Shown: in pieces, positions 48,250-58,671 of the stretch | Layout of the letters: each line of letters opens with the position of its first letter | Numbering within the stretch: position 1 is the stretch's first letter | Origin: an uncultured delta proteobacterium | GTDB taxonomy: Bacteria; Myxococcota_A; UBA9160; UBA4427 | Direction: 5' to 3' | NCBI GenBank assembly: GCA_963822965.1 | Contig: CAWGJT010000005.1 | Span: forward strand, 1,632,001 to 1,696,000 | Length of the DNA: 64,000 nt | Position numbers and translations under genes: made by a program | Notes under the pieces: model-generated | What the model was told of the DNA's origin: nothing | What the model saw: only the letters and a program-made list of their open reading frames with translations | Databases searched by the model: none

Positions 48250-49124
48250 GCCGGGACGTCTCCGTCTCCAGAATCGGGGATGCGGTCGTCTCCGGAATCC
48301 GGAACGTGGTCGAAGGCTGCGAGAATGCGCTCGAAGCGTTGGGCCAGCTTGGTGCGCATCTCGGGGTGCGTGAACACGTAGAGATCGTCGCGCAGCACGG
48401 CGTCGCGCACCATGTACCCGACGCGCAGGGGATCGATTCCCGCCGCAATTCCCCGCTGGACGGCCGCCCGCAGGGCGACCCCCGTCGCGTCGTCGTCGGT
48501 CGGGGGACCGCCGAGGCGCTCCGGACGGTTGCGACCGCTGGCGACGATGGCGGTGTTCACGTTGCCCGGGCACAGCACCGTCGCCGACAGACCGAACGCC
48601 GCCCCCTCGAGCCGCAGGGTCTCGGTGAGGCCCACCACGGCGAACTTGCTGGCCACGTAGGGGCCCAGGATCGGGTAGGGCTGCATGCCCGCCATCGAGG
48701 CGGTGTTCACCACGTGCTTCTCGCCGGGCTGCGCCTTCATGCGCGGCAGAAAGGCCTGCAGGCCGTTCACCACTCCCAGCAGGTTGACGCCCAGCACCCA
48801 GTGCCAGTCCGCGTCCGAGGCCGTGTCGAGGGTGCCGACCGAGGCGACGCCGGCGTTGTTGCACAGCAGGTGCACGGCGCCGAAGCGCTCGTAGACCTGC
48901 TGCGCGAGGGATTCCACCGAGTCGCGCTCGGCCACGTCCGTGCGCAGCGCCATGGCATGGGCGCCCTGTTCGGCCAGCTCCGCGGCCACCCGCTCGGCGG
49001 CGGCCTCCTCGATGTCCGCCACCACCACCTTCATGCCCGAGGTCGCGAAGGCCGTCGCCATGCCGCGGCCGATGCCGCTGCCCCCGCCCGTCACGACCGC
49101 GACCCTGCCTTCGAGTGACTTCAC
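48246..49124 (-). CDS. Short-chain dehydrogenase/reductase
   Basis: VTGGGSGIG; NNAG; NTAS; YVASK. Confidence 0.92.
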   Translation of the reverse strand: MKSLEGRVAVVTGGGSGIGRGMATAFATSGMKVVVADIEEAAAERVAAELAEQGAHAMALRTDVAERDSVESLAQQVYERFGAVHLLCNNAGVASVGTLDTASDADWHWVLGVNLLGVVNGLQAFLPRMKAQPGEKHVVNTASMAGMQPYPILGPYVASKFAVVGLTETLRLEGAAFGLSATVLCPGNVNTAIVASGRNRPERLGGPPTDDDATGVALRAAVQRGIAAGIDPLRVGYMVRDAVLRDDLYVFTHPEMRTKLAQRFERILAAFDHVPDSGDDRIPDSGDGDVPA

Positions 49125-49367
49125 CGTTCCTCCAAGCGCGCTCGCGCTGCCTGCGGTGTTCCTTCGGATCCCACGAGGCCTGTATCCGTTCCTCGCGTCT
49201 TCGTGTCCGGTTGCGGAATCCGTGTCCGATCCGTCGCCGCAGGCGCTCCGGCCGGCACGCCGACGAGCCGATCATAGCTGCGACGCCGATGCGCGCTGAC
49301 CTAGACTCGGGCTGCGCGGCGGCCAGATGCAGCGCACGCCGACGAACCCCACACGAGGAAGCCCGCC

Positions 49368-50711
49368 ATGACCGATTCCGCCCCTTCCGAGAAGCCCTTC
49401 CACCTGCAGGGCAACTTCGCGCCCGTGAAGGACGAGCTCTTCGAGACGAGCCTCGAGGTGGAGGGTGCCATCCCGCCCGAGCTCAGCGGCCTCTACGTTC
49501 GCAACGGCGCCAATCCGGTGACGGGGGAGTCCGAGCACTGGTTCCTCGGCAACGGCATGCTGCACGGCGTGCGTCTGGAAGGCGGTCGCGCCCGCTGGTA
49601 CAAGAACCGCTACGTGCGGACGCCGCTCCTCGAGAACCCGGAGATGTCGCGCATCTCGCCCACGGGCGACATCGACCACCTGGCCTCCGCGGCCAACACC
49701 CACATCATCCGGCACGCGGGCCGCATCCTGGCCCTCGAAGAAGGCGCCTTTCCCTACGAGGTGACGGGCGATCTCGAGACCGTCGGTCCCCACGACTACG
49801 GCGGCAAGCTCACCACCGCCATGACCGCGCACCCGAAGATCTGTCCCGAGACGGGCGAGCTCGTCTTCTTCGCCTATCGCCAGCTACCGCCCTACCTCGT
49901 CTACCACCGCGCCGACGCCCAGGGCAATCTCGTGCAGTCCACCGAGATCAGCGTCGGCGGTCCCACCATGATGCACGACTTCCAGATCACCCGGAACCAC
50001 ACGATCTTCATGGACCTGCCGGTGGTCTTCGACCTGCAGCTCGCCATCCAGGGCTTGATGCCGTTCCACTGGAGCGACGACTATCCGGCTCGCATCGGCA
50101 TCCTGCCCCGCGAAGGCGGCGACGCGGACGTGCGCTGGTTCGACATCGACCCCTGCTACGTCTTCCACACCATGAACGCCTGGGACGAGGACGACCGGGT
50201 GATCTTCGACGTCTGTCGCATCAGCGAAGTCTGGCGCAACCCGGGCGAGATGGCGGGCGACGGCGTGCAGACCCTGCACCGCTTCACCTTCGATCTCGCC
50301 GGCGGCACCACCAAGGAGGAGACCCTGGACGATCGCGGCATGGACTTCCCGCGCATCGCCGACGCCCGGGTGGGGCTCAGGAACCGCTACGGCTACACCC
50401 TGCAGTTCGGCGCCGGACCGGAAGGTCCCGGCTTCGCGGGCCACCTGCAGTTCGACCTGGCCAACGGGCGGAGCAAGCTGCACGACTACGGTCCGGGCTG
50501 CAATCCGGGCGAGCCCGTGTTCGTGCCCGCACCCGGCAGCGACCCCGACAGCGACGAGGGCTGGGTGATGTCGTACGTCCACAGCGACACCAGCGACCGT
50601 ACGGAGCTCGTGATCCTCGACGCCACGCGCTTCGACCAGGCGCCGGTGGCGCGCGTCAAGCTCCCCCAGCGCGTGCCCTACGGGTTCCACGGCAGCTGGA
50701 TCGGCGACTGA
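49368..50711 (+). CDS. Carotenoid/lignostilbene cleavage oxygenase family protein
   Basis: GLYVRNGANP, HWFLGNGMLHG, and four His ligands (TAHPK, MMHDF, VFHTMN, GFHGSW). Confidence 0.92.
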   Translation: MTDSAPSEKPFHLQGNFAPVKDELFETSLEVEGAIPPELSGLYVRNGANPVTGESEHWFLGNGMLHGVRLEGGRARWYKNRYVRTPLLENPEMSRISPTGDIDHLASAANTHIIRHAGRILALEEGAFPYEVTGDLETVGPHDYGGKLTTAMTAHPKICPETGELVFFAYRQLPPYLVYHRADAQGNLVQSTEISVGGPTMMHDFQITRNHTIFMDLPVVFDLQLAIQGLMPFHWSDDYPARIGILPREGGDADVRWFDIDPCYVFHTMNAWDEDDRVIFDVCRISEVWRNPGEMAGDGVQTLHRFTFDLAGGTTKEETLDDRGMDFPRIADARVGLRNRYGYTLQFGAGPEGPGFAGHLQFDLANGRSKLHDYGPGCNPGEPVFVPAPGSDPDSDEGWVMSYVHSDTSDRTELVILDATRFDQAPVARVKLPQRVPYGFHGSWIGD

Positions 50712-50750
50712 GCCCACGCGCCCGGGCGGGTCGGGCGTGTGCGCGCGATA

Positions 50751-50777
50751 CGGGTGCGGGTGCGGGTGCGGGTGCGG
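50751..50777. repeat. Short tandem repeat (CGGGTG) x4.5
   Basis: cgggtg cgggtg cgggtg cgggtg cgg between convergent genes. Confidence 0.8.
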
Positions 50778-50792
50778 AAAGGAAGAGCGCGC

Positions 50793-53108
50793 TCAGCCGG
50801 CCGTGAGGGTCGGCCGCCAGGTGCCGCGCAGCGCGTGCACCAGCGCGAAGCCGTAGCACGCGAAGGCGGCGAGGGAGGCCGCCGGAAAGCCGAAGCCCAC
50901 GGCCACCGCGATGCCCAGCACCGAGGCCAGCACCGAGGCGACGCCGTTCACCCCCCAGGCGTACGCGATGCCGGTGGGGTGCAGCACCCGGAAGCGGCGG
51001 AGCCCCAGCGGCATCGCCATGCCCAGGGCGACGCCCACCGGCCCGATCAGCACGAAGGCGATCACGATGCGCCCGGCGAGGGGCAGATCGATGAGCGCCC
51101 GCAGCAGCGGCTGCAGCCCCAGCGCCGAGAGCCCGATCAGTACCACGGCCGCCGCCAGCGCCCCGACCAGCGCACGCTTCGTGTCGTCGAAGCGGTTCGA
51201 GACGAGCGATCCCACCCCCGAGAACACCAGCAGCGAGGCCAGCACCACCGAGAGCGCGTAGGTCGGAAAGCCCAGGAAGAGCACGAAGCGCTGGATGAGG
51301 ACCACCTCGAGCAGCATGAAGCCGAGCCCGATGGCGGCGAAGTAGCTGAGCGAGGACAGGGCGGGACGCTCCACGTGGGTGGTGAGCCAGAGCGGCAGCA
51401 CGAAGGCCAGCAGCGACAGCACCGTCAGGATGCCCAGGGTCACCATCAGCAGCAGGAAGGGCGAGCGCGCGTAGTGGTAGCCGGCCCCGCCCGAGAGCAG
51501 ATGCCCCCAGCGGTGCATGTTGAAGAAGAAGGGCTTGTCGTCGGTGGGTGGTGCGATCTGCAGCGGGTAGTCGCGCACGAAGGCCTCGAGGCTCGGCGCC
51601 TCGGCCAGGCCCTTCCAGGCGCCCCGATAGGGACCGCCCGCCGCGAACACCACGCCCTGGCCGCGCACCTCCGCCAGCTTGCGGATGCGCGCCAGCTCGG
51701 GCTTCGTGAAAGGCTCGAGCCGGGAGAGGATCGTCGCGAAGGGTGGTCCCAGCAGGTCGCGTCCCTGGACGACGACCAGGTGGTCACCGGGATTCTCGAT
51801 GCCGCGCTGCTCGAGGGCCGCCCAGGTGAGCACCGTGGCGCGGATGGCCTCGTCGCCCACCAGCTTGAGGAGCCGCGACACGTTCAGGATGCCGCCGGGC
51901 GCCAGGTGGTCGAAGTAGAGCTGGAAGGCCTCGAGGGTGTAGAGGTTGTTCTCGGTGAGCGCGTAGCCCTGGGCGGCGTTGGCGCTGAGCGTGTCGGTGA
52001 AGCCCAGGTGGATCTGGTCGTAGCGCTCGCGGCTGCTGGCGAGCACCGAGCGACCGTCGCCCACGGTGGTGGCCACGCCGGCGCGGGTGTAGGGCGCGCC
52101 GGAGAGCGCGCGCAGGTCGCCGTCCACCACGTGTACGATGCCCTGGTTCAGCTCGATCACGTCGACGGGCTGCTGCGCCTCCGAGAGCGCCGTGTAGATG
52201 TCGCGGCCGCCGCCGCCGCCGATCACAAGCGCGCGGCCGGGACCCGTGATCTCGTAGCCGATGCTCTGGGGGCCGGTGACGAGCTCGCGCCAGCCGGGGA
52301 GCCGGGCCTCGTCGACGATGGGAACCGGCGCGTAGACCCGGTCGTAGACCACCGCCGCGAAGCGCTCGTTGTTCTCGCCGCGCATGCCGAGCACCCGGGC
52401 GAGGGGCGTCCAGCGGTCGGCGAAGATCTTCGCGTTGCCGGGCAGCCCGCCGGACAGATACAGCAGCCCGGTGGTCTGGGAGAGCAGCAGCACGAGCGCC
52501 GCCAGTGCGGCGGCCGCCAGCGCCGGACGCCGGGCGCGGGGCTCGTCCGACGGGGCGAAGAGCCAGGCGGCTCCCGCGACCAGCGCACCCAGGGCCACCA
52601 GCAGGACGGGCGCCGGACCGAGCCCCAGCAGCGGCACCACCACCAGCGCACCGATCCCCGCGCCCACCAGGTCGTAGGCGTACACCGGCCCGATCCACGC
52701 CGTGAAGCGGTCGATGGTGAGCGCCACCACCACGCCCGACGCCAGGGACGGAAGCGCCGTCACCACGCACGCAATCGTCAGGTTGGCGATGAAGCCGAGG
52801 TCGACGGTCTTCTCGGATGCGAGGTTCAAGCGCACCAGCACCAGCGGCAGCAGCACCAGCAGCGCCGCGAAGATCGCGCTCCAGCGCGAGAGCATCGCCT
52901 CCACCGAGCGGCCCGCGAACCAGCCCGGACGCACGTAGATGAGCAGCGCGCCCGCCCCCACCCCCAGCATCGCCAGCGAGATGGCCAGGAAGCTGAAGTG
53001 GTAGGCGAGGACCGCGGAGAAGAGACGGGTCACCACCACCTGCAGCATCAGGGTGCTGGCGGTGACGATCCCGAGTGCGAAGAGGGTGAAGCGCGAAGGC
53101 GCCTGCAT
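50793..53108 (-). CDS. Membrane protein with central spermidine-synthase-like SAM-binding domain
   Basis: Multi-TM N- and C-termini; ALVIGGGGGRDI; VIELN; GDGRS; ENNLYTLEAF; TDDKPFFF. Confidence 0.85.
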   Translation of the reverse strand: MQAPSRFTLFALGIVTASTLMLQVVVTRLFSAVLAYHFSFLAISLAMLGVGAGALLIYVRPGWFAGRSVEAMLSRWSAIFAALLVLLPLVLVRLNLASEKTVDLGFIANLTIACVVTALPSLASGVVVALTIDRFTAWIGPVYAYDLVGAGIGALVVVPLLGLGPAPVLLVALGALVAGAAWLFAPSDEPRARRPALAAAALAALVLLLSQTTGLLYLSGGLPGNAKIFADRWTPLARVLGMRGENNERFAAVVYDRVYAPVPIVDEARLPGWRELVTGPQSIGYEITGPGRALVIGGGGGRDIYTALSEAQQPVDVIELNQGIVHVVDGDLRALSGAPYTRAGVATTVGDGRSVLASSRERYDQIHLGFTDTLSANAAQGYALTENNLYTLEAFQLYFDHLAPGGILNVSRLLKLVGDEAIRATVLTWAALEQRGIENPGDHLVVVQGRDLLGPPFATILSRLEPFTKPELARIRKLAEVRGQGVVFAAGGPYRGAWKGLAEAPSLEAFVRDYPLQIAPPTDDKPFFFNMHRWGHLLSGGAGYHYARSPFLLLMVTLGILTVLSLLAFVLPLWLTTHVERPALSSLSYFAAIGLGFMLLEVVLIQRFVLFLGFPTYALSVVLASLLVFSGVGSLVSNRFDDTKRALVGALAAAVVLIGLSALGLQPLLRALIDLPLAGRIVIAFVLIGPVGVALGMAMPLGLRRFRVLHPTGIAYAWGVNGVASVLASVLGIAVAVGFGFPAASLAAFACYGFALVHALRGTWRPTLTAG

Positions 53109-53165
53109 CGGCGCAATCTAGCAGGAAAGAAGGGCTTTCAGGCTCGGCGGGCGCGTCCCGTGGCC

Positions 53166-53204
53166 AAATTCGACCGTGTGGTCTAAATTCCGACCCGCTG
53201 GTCG
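53166..53204. promoter_or_regulatory. Tandem candidate TetR operators GACC-N4-GGTC
   Basis: GACCgtgtGGTC (53172-53183) and CGACCcgctGGTCG (53191-53204), each preceded by AAATTC, 20 bp apart. Confidence 0.65.
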
Positions 53205-53222
53205 CTTTCAGGGAGGTGCCCG

Positions 53223-54191
53223 ATGATCCCGAATCGCTGGTATCCGGTGCTGGAGTCGCAGCGGCTCCGCGGTCGGCCCGTGGGCGTCACGCGGCTCGGC
53301 CGGAAGCTCGTCCTGTGGCGCGACCGCGAGGGCCGCGCCCACGCCGCCCCCGAAGCCTGTCCCCACCGCGGCGCCTCCCTGGCCGGCGGACGCGTGGTGG
53401 ACGGCGAGCTTCGCTGTCCCTGGCACGGCTTCCGCTTCGCGGGCGACGGCGCCTGCACGGCCATCCCCTGCGAGGGTCGCGACGCGCGGCCGCCCCGGGC
53501 CATGGCACTCCACGTGCTGCCCCTGCGCGAGGCCCACGGGCTCTGCTGGCTGTGGCACGGCGAGGCGCGCGCCGAGCTTCCCGCCATTCCCTTCTTCGAC
53601 GACGAAGTGGGCGACGACTGGCAGGCCACCGCCCAGACGTCGTACGTCCTGCCCTACCACTACAGCCGCATGGTGGAGACCAATCTGGACATCCACCACA
53701 GCCCCTTCGTACACGGCCGGGTCTTCCCCACCGGCGAGCGCGTCGATCCCTTCGAGGCCCACCTCGATGGCGACCGCATCCGCACCCGCGGCGTGCTGGT
53801 GCGCGAAGGCAAGCCCGGCGGCTTCGCGTTCCGCGCGGACTGCCAGCTTCCGAACCTGGGCTTCGTGGGCCTGGGCGAGAAGCTCCACATCGTGATCGCC
53901 GCCACCCCGGTGGACGACCACCATTCCTGGATGTGGTTCCGCTACTACCAGGGCTACACGCGCTTCCGCCCGCTGGGCCGGCTCATCTGCTGGATCGCCG
54001 TGCAGCTCGAGCTGCGCATCGTCCAGCGCCAGGACTGGCGCATCTTCGCCGGCCTGCCGGGAGGCACGGTGGACGACTTCCCGTACCGCTTCGTGCACGC
54101 CGACCAGGGCATCGCGCTGTACCGCAAGCGACGCGCCGAGCTGCTGGCGGAGGCGGGCCGCGTTGCGACGCCCGTGCGCGAGGCCGTCTGA
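53223..54191 (+). CDS. Rieske non-heme iron oxygenase alpha subunit (VanA-like)
   Basis: CPHRG...CPWHG Rieske motif; ETNLDIHHSPFVH; distal QD. Confidence 0.9.
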   Translation: MIPNRWYPVLESQRLRGRPVGVTRLGRKLVLWRDREGRAHAAPEACPHRGASLAGGRVVDGELRCPWHGFRFAGDGACTAIPCEGRDARPPRAMALHVLPLREAHGLCWLWHGEARAELPAIPFFDDEVGDDWQATAQTSYVLPYHYSRMVETNLDIHHSPFVHGRVFPTGERVDPFEAHLDGDRIRTRGVLVREGKPGGFAFRADCQLPNLGFVGLGEKLHIVIAATPVDDHHSWMWFRYYQGYTRFRPLGRLICWIAVQLELRIVQRQDWRIFAGLPGGTVDDFPYRFVHADQGIALYRKRRAELLAEAGRVATPVREAV

Positions 54192-54193
54192 CC

Positions 54194-54766
54194 ATGGCGA
54201 GCCACGAGCCGGCGGCCGTCCGCCGGGCCCAGATCCTCGAGGCCGCTCTCCACTGCTTCGGCGAGAAGGGCCTGCACGCGGCCCGCATGGACGACATCGC
54301 GCACGCCTCGGGCCTCTCGAAGGGCGCCATCTACTTCCACTTCGAGAGCAAGGACGAGATCTTCCGCGCGCTCTTCCATGCCTTCGAGGAGGCGCTCTTC
54401 ACCGACTGGGACGCGCTGCCGCGCGGCAGCGCCCTCGAGACCCTGCGCGCCATCGGCCAGATCGCCCTGGAGAAGCTGCTGCAGCTGCGGCCCCTGCTGG
54501 CCGCCTGGACCGAGTTCCTCCGGCAGCCCGAGTCGCGCGCGCACATGGCGGAGGTGTACCGGCAGAGCCGCGCGCGCATCGCGGCCACGGTGCGGGCCGG
54601 AATCGACTCGGGCGAGCTGCGCGAGACGAGCCCCGAGCACGTGGCCGCCGTGCTCACCGCCCTCATCGAGGGACTGCTGCTGCAGGCCTTCGTCGACCCC
54701 GACTACGACCCGCTGCCGGCCTGGCCCACCGCCTGGGAGGTGGTGGGCCGCGGCCTGGCGGCCTGA
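54194..54766 (+). CDS. TetR-family transcriptional regulator
   Basis: ILEAALHCFGEKG...MDDIAHASGLSKGAIYFHFESKDEI. Confidence 0.92.
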   Translation: MASHEPAAVRRAQILEAALHCFGEKGLHAARMDDIAHASGLSKGAIYFHFESKDEIFRALFHAFEEALFTDWDALPRGSALETLRAIGQIALEKLLQLRPLLAAWTEFLRQPESRAHMAEVYRQSRARIAATVRAGIDSGELRETSPEHVAAVLTALIEGLLLQAFVDPDYDPLPAWPTAWEVVGRGLAA

Positions 54767-54784
54767 CCGCCGCGGGCTCCGGTT

Positions 54785-56037
54785 CTACGCCTCGGGCTTC
54801 AGCTTGTAGCGGATGGGCAGGTGCTTCACGCCGCCCACCAGCGTGGAGCGCAGGCGCTCCACCGGGCCCGCCAGCTCGATCGACTCGATGCGCGGCAGCA
54901 GGTGCTTGTAGGCGATGGCCATCTCGAGGCGCGCCAGGTGGGAGCCGGCGCAGAAGTGCTCGCCGATCCCGAAGCCCAGGTGGCGGTTCGGGTTGCGGTC
55001 GATGCGGAACGTGAAGGGATCGTCGAAGATCGACTCGTCGCGGTTCGCCGAGGGATAGAAGAGCGCCACCGACTCGTCCTTCTTGATCACCTTGCCGCGG
55101 ATCTCGTAGTCCTCGGTGGCGGTGCGCGCGAAGTGGATGATGGGCGACGACCAGCGCACCACCTCCTCCACGGCCGACTGCAGCAGCGACGGCTTCTGCC
55201 TGCAGCTTCCAGATCTCCTCGGGTTCTGGATGAAGGCGAGCATGCCGCCGCTGGTGCCGTTGCGGGTGGTCTCGTTGCCGGCGATCACGATGATGAGGCA
55301 CCAGGCCAGCACGTCCATGGACTCGAGCGGCTTGCCCTCGTACTCGAGAGTGGTGAAGAGCGTGATGAGGTCGTCGGCGGGCTTCTTCTTCTTCTCCTCG
55401 ACCATCTTGGTGAAGTAGGTGAAGAGCTCGACCATGGCCGCGCGCGAGCTCTCGATGGGCGTCTTCCCTTCCTCGGTGAACTCCGCGTCGCCCGCGCCGA
55501 TGATGTGGTTCGTCCAGTCGAAGAGCAGGGGCCAGTCGGGCTTCGGCACCCCCAGCAGCCAGCCGATCACCGCGATGGGCAGCGGCGCCGACACCTCCTT
55601 CACGAAGTCGCACTCGCCCTCGTCGGTCGTCGGTCGACCAGCGCGTCGACGATCTCCTTGCCGATCTTCTCGATGTCGTGGTCGATCTTCTTGAGGCCCC
55701 GCGGCGTGAAGCGGGTGCTGATCATCTTGCGGAAGATGCCGTGCTTCGGCGGGTCCATCTGGATCAGCGTCTGCGGGAACGCGTCCATCTCGTTGGGCTG
55801 CTCGGGCTCGTGGCTGATCGTGAGCCGCGGGCCGTTCAGGAAGATGTCCGGCCGCTTCGAGATCGCCATCACGTCGGCGTGCTTCGTGATGGCCCAGAAG
55901 GGGAGCCCCTCCGTGCGGTCCCACCAGTGGATCGGATCCTCCCGGCGCAGGCGCGTCCAGACGTGGTGCGGGTAGCCCCACTGCGCGTAGCCGTCGGGGT
56001 GGATGATGTTGAAGTCGTCGGGCGGGGTGGTCGCCAT
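54785..56037 (-). CDS. Cytochrome P450 (CYP125/142-like), frameshifts near 55635 and 55215
   Basis: MDPPKH; IAGNETTRN; EEVVRWSSP; GFGIGEHFCAG; AGGAGG RBS. Confidence 0.9.
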
Positions 56038-56108
56038 GGGGTCCCTCCTGCGCGGGGCATCGTCTCCGTGCTCCGCGTGTGGAGCTTAGCGCCCGGAGAC
56101 GGCGTGCC

Positions 56109-56969
56109 TCACGTGTCGGCGTCGACGGAGAGCGGCTGAAGCGGATTTACACCGTCCAGAATCGAGCGCATGCGCGCCTCGAAGAGCTCGCGGTAGCTGG
56201 CATCCGGCAGGATCCAGAAGCGCCCCGCGCGGATGCCCTCGAAGGCGTGGGCGGCGAGCTCGTCCGGCGGCATCCCCGCCTGGATGCCGGCCGCCAGCCC
56301 CTGGGCGAAGGCGCGCTCGGCCTCGGACGAGAGCGGCGTGGCGGCGCCCTTCTCCGGGGGACGCACCCGCTCGGAGGCGGCGATCCCGGTGGCGACCGCG
56401 CCGGGGCACAGGCACGAGACGCCCACGTGGTCGTGCCCGCGCGCCACCAGCTCGTGGTAGATCACCTCGGAGAGCGCCACCACCGCGTGCTTCGAGACGA
56501 TGTAGGGCGCGAGGAAGGGCCCCACCAGCAGTCCGCCCACCGAGGCGGTGTTCACGATGCGCGCGGGCTCGCCCTGCTCGATCAGGATCGGCAGGAAGAC
56601 CCTGGCGCCGTGGATGCAGCCGAAGACGTTGACCCCGAGCACCCACTCCCAGTCCTCGGCGCTGCGCTCCCACGCGCAGCCCGGCACCAGCACGCCGGCG
56701 TTGTTGAAGACCAGGTGGATGCTTCCGAACTCCGAGCGCGCGGCCACGGCGAGGGCGTCCACCTCGTCCGCGCGCGAGACGTCCGTGGGCACCGCCAGCG
56801 CGCGGGCACCGCGCGCCGCCGCCAGCTCGCGGGTCTCCTCGAGGTTCGGGCGGTCGACGTCCGCCACGACCACCGACATGCCCTCGTCGGCGCAGCGCAG
56901 CGCCAATGCGCGCCCGATGCCGCTGGCCGCGCCCGTCACCACCGCCGTACGCCCGCGAAAGTCGTCCAC
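56109..56969 (-). CDS. Short-chain dehydrogenase/reductase
   Basis: VTGAASGIG; NNAG; NTAS; YIVSK. Confidence 0.92.
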   Translation of the reverse strand: MDDFRGRTAVVTGAASGIGRALALRCADEGMSVVVADVDRPNLEETRELAAARGARALAVPTDVSRADEVDALAVAARSEFGSIHLVFNNAGVLVPGCAWERSAEDWEWVLGVNVFGCIHGARVFLPILIEQGEPARIVNTASVGGLLVGPFLAPYIVSKHAVVALSEVIYHELVARGHDHVGVSCLCPGAVATGIAASERVRPPEKGAATPLSSEAERAFAQGLAAGIQAGMPPDELAAHAFEGIRAGRFWILPDASYRELFEARMRSILDGVNPLQPLSVDADT

Positions 56970-56973
56970 GGCG

Positions 56974-57976
56974 CTACTCGAGCCAGGCCGGCGAGGGCAG
57001 GCCCTTGCTCTTCAGGAAGGCCGGGTTGAAGAGCTTCGACTGGTAGCGGGTGCCGTAGTCGCAGAGCACCGTCACCACGGTGTGCCCGGGCCCGAGCTCC
57101 TTCGCGACGCGGATGGCACCCGCCACGTTGATGCCGCTCGAGCCGCCCAGGCACAGCCCCTCTTCCTTCAGCAGGTCGAAGACGATGGGCAGCATCTCCT
57201 CGTCGGGGATCTGGACGGCGTCGTCGATGGGCGCACCGTCGAGGTTGCCGGTGACGCGGCCCTGGCCGATGCCCTCGGTGATGGAGCTGCCCTGGCCCTC
57301 GAGCTTGCCGGTCTTGATCCAGCTGTACATGGCGGCGCCCATCGGGTCGGCGGCCACGATGCGGATGTCCGGGCTGCGCTCCTTCAGGAACATCCCCACG
57401 CCCGCCAGGGTGCCGCCGGTGCCGATCGCGCACGTGAAGGCGTCGACCTTGCCGTCGGTCTGCTCCCAGATCTCGGGGCCCGTCGAGCGCACGTGCCCGT
57501 TGCGGTTCGACACGTTGTCCCACTGGTTCGCGTAGAGAACGCCGTGGGGCTCGGTCTTCGCCAGCTCCTCGGCGATGCGCTCGGCCTGGTGGACGTAGTG
57601 GTTCGGGTCCTTGAAGGGCACGGCGGGCACGCAGCGCAGGTCGACGCCGCACAGCCGCAGCATGTCCTTCTTCTCCTGGCTCTGGGTCTCGGGCATCGAG
57701 ATCACGGTGCGGTAGCCCCGGGCGTTGCCCACCAGCGCGAGGCCGATGCCCGTGTTGCCGGCCGTCCCCTCGACGATCACGCCGCCGGGCTCGAGCCGCC
57801 CGTCGCCCTCGGCGTCGAGCACCATGTAGAGGGCCGCCCGGTCCTTCACCGATCCGCCGGGATTCAGGAACTCGGCCTTGCCCGTAGATCTCGCAGCCGG
57901 TCTCCTCGGAGGCCCTGCGAAGCTTGATGAGCGGCGTGTTGCCGACCGTCTCGGTGAACCCGTCGCGTACGTTCAC
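56974..57976 (-). CDS. cysK: Cysteine synthase (PLP-dependent), frameshift near 57880
   Basis: VGNTPLIKL; KAEFLNPGGSVKDRAA (after frame repair); EGTAGNTG; GTGGT; EGIGQG; LGGSSG. Confidence 0.9.
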
Positions 57977-58181
57977 GGCACGATTCCCTCTCGTCAGGCT
58001 GTGTTTCGGGGCGGTCAAGTCTAGGGCCCGAGAGGCTCGACCGCCGCCTTCGAGCGGGGCGCCGGGCCGCCGCGCCCGGGCCGCCCGGGGTTGCGACCTC
58101 GTGGGAGCCGACGACGACAGATCGGGGATGGTACCGTGGAAACCGACACCACCACCCCGATCCCCCGAGCGAGGACCCGCG

Positions 58182-58640
58182 ATGAAGCCGATCCACGTCC
58201 CCGGCCACTGCGGCTGCGGCCGCGTCCGGTTCGTGCTCCGCGAAGAGCCGATCTCGTTCTATCTGTGCCACTGCACCCGGTGCCAGGCCGACTCGGGCTC
58301 GGCCTTCGGCCAGACCATGCACGTGCGGCGCGAAGCGATCGACAGCGTGGAGGGACCGACACGGGACCACGTCATGGAGCGCCCCGACGGTGGGCAGAGC
58401 GTCGCCACCCACTGCGCGAACTGCCTGACGGTCCTGTGGGCCGGCCGTCCCGAGGTTCCGCAGGTGGTGGGCCTGAACGCGGGGGCCCTCGAGGACGCCG
58501 CGGGGCTGACCCCGTACGGAAACATGTGGACCCGCAGCGCCCGTCCCTGGGTCGCGTTCGCGCCCGGTCCCCGCTACGAGCGGCAGCCGGAGGACCCCCT
58601 GGCGATGATCCACCACTGGCAGGAGCGCGATACGGGCTAG
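58182..58640 (+). CDS. GFA/CENP-V family Zn protein
   Basis: GHCGCG; CHCTRCQ; HCANC. Confidence 0.88.
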   Translation: MKPIHVPGHCGCGRVRFVLREEPISFYLCHCTRCQADSGSAFGQTMHVRREAIDSVEGPTRDHVMERPDGGQSVATHCANCLTVLWAGRPEVPQVVGLNAGALEDAAGLTPYGNMWTRSARPWVAFAPGPRYERQPEDPLAMIHHWQERDTG

Positions 58641-58671
58641 GGGGCACGAAAGCCTCCGAGGCCTGGAACGC

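Noticed and set aside
48250..49275. Apparent 802-aa phosphotransferase ORF
   Set aside because: The N-terminal part is off-frame over the SDR gene; the real start is near 48249.
50751..50777. Hexamer repeat as a CRISPR or phase-variation site
   Set aside because: It has no spacers or cas genes nearby and lies between two gene 3' ends, so length change has no obvious effect.
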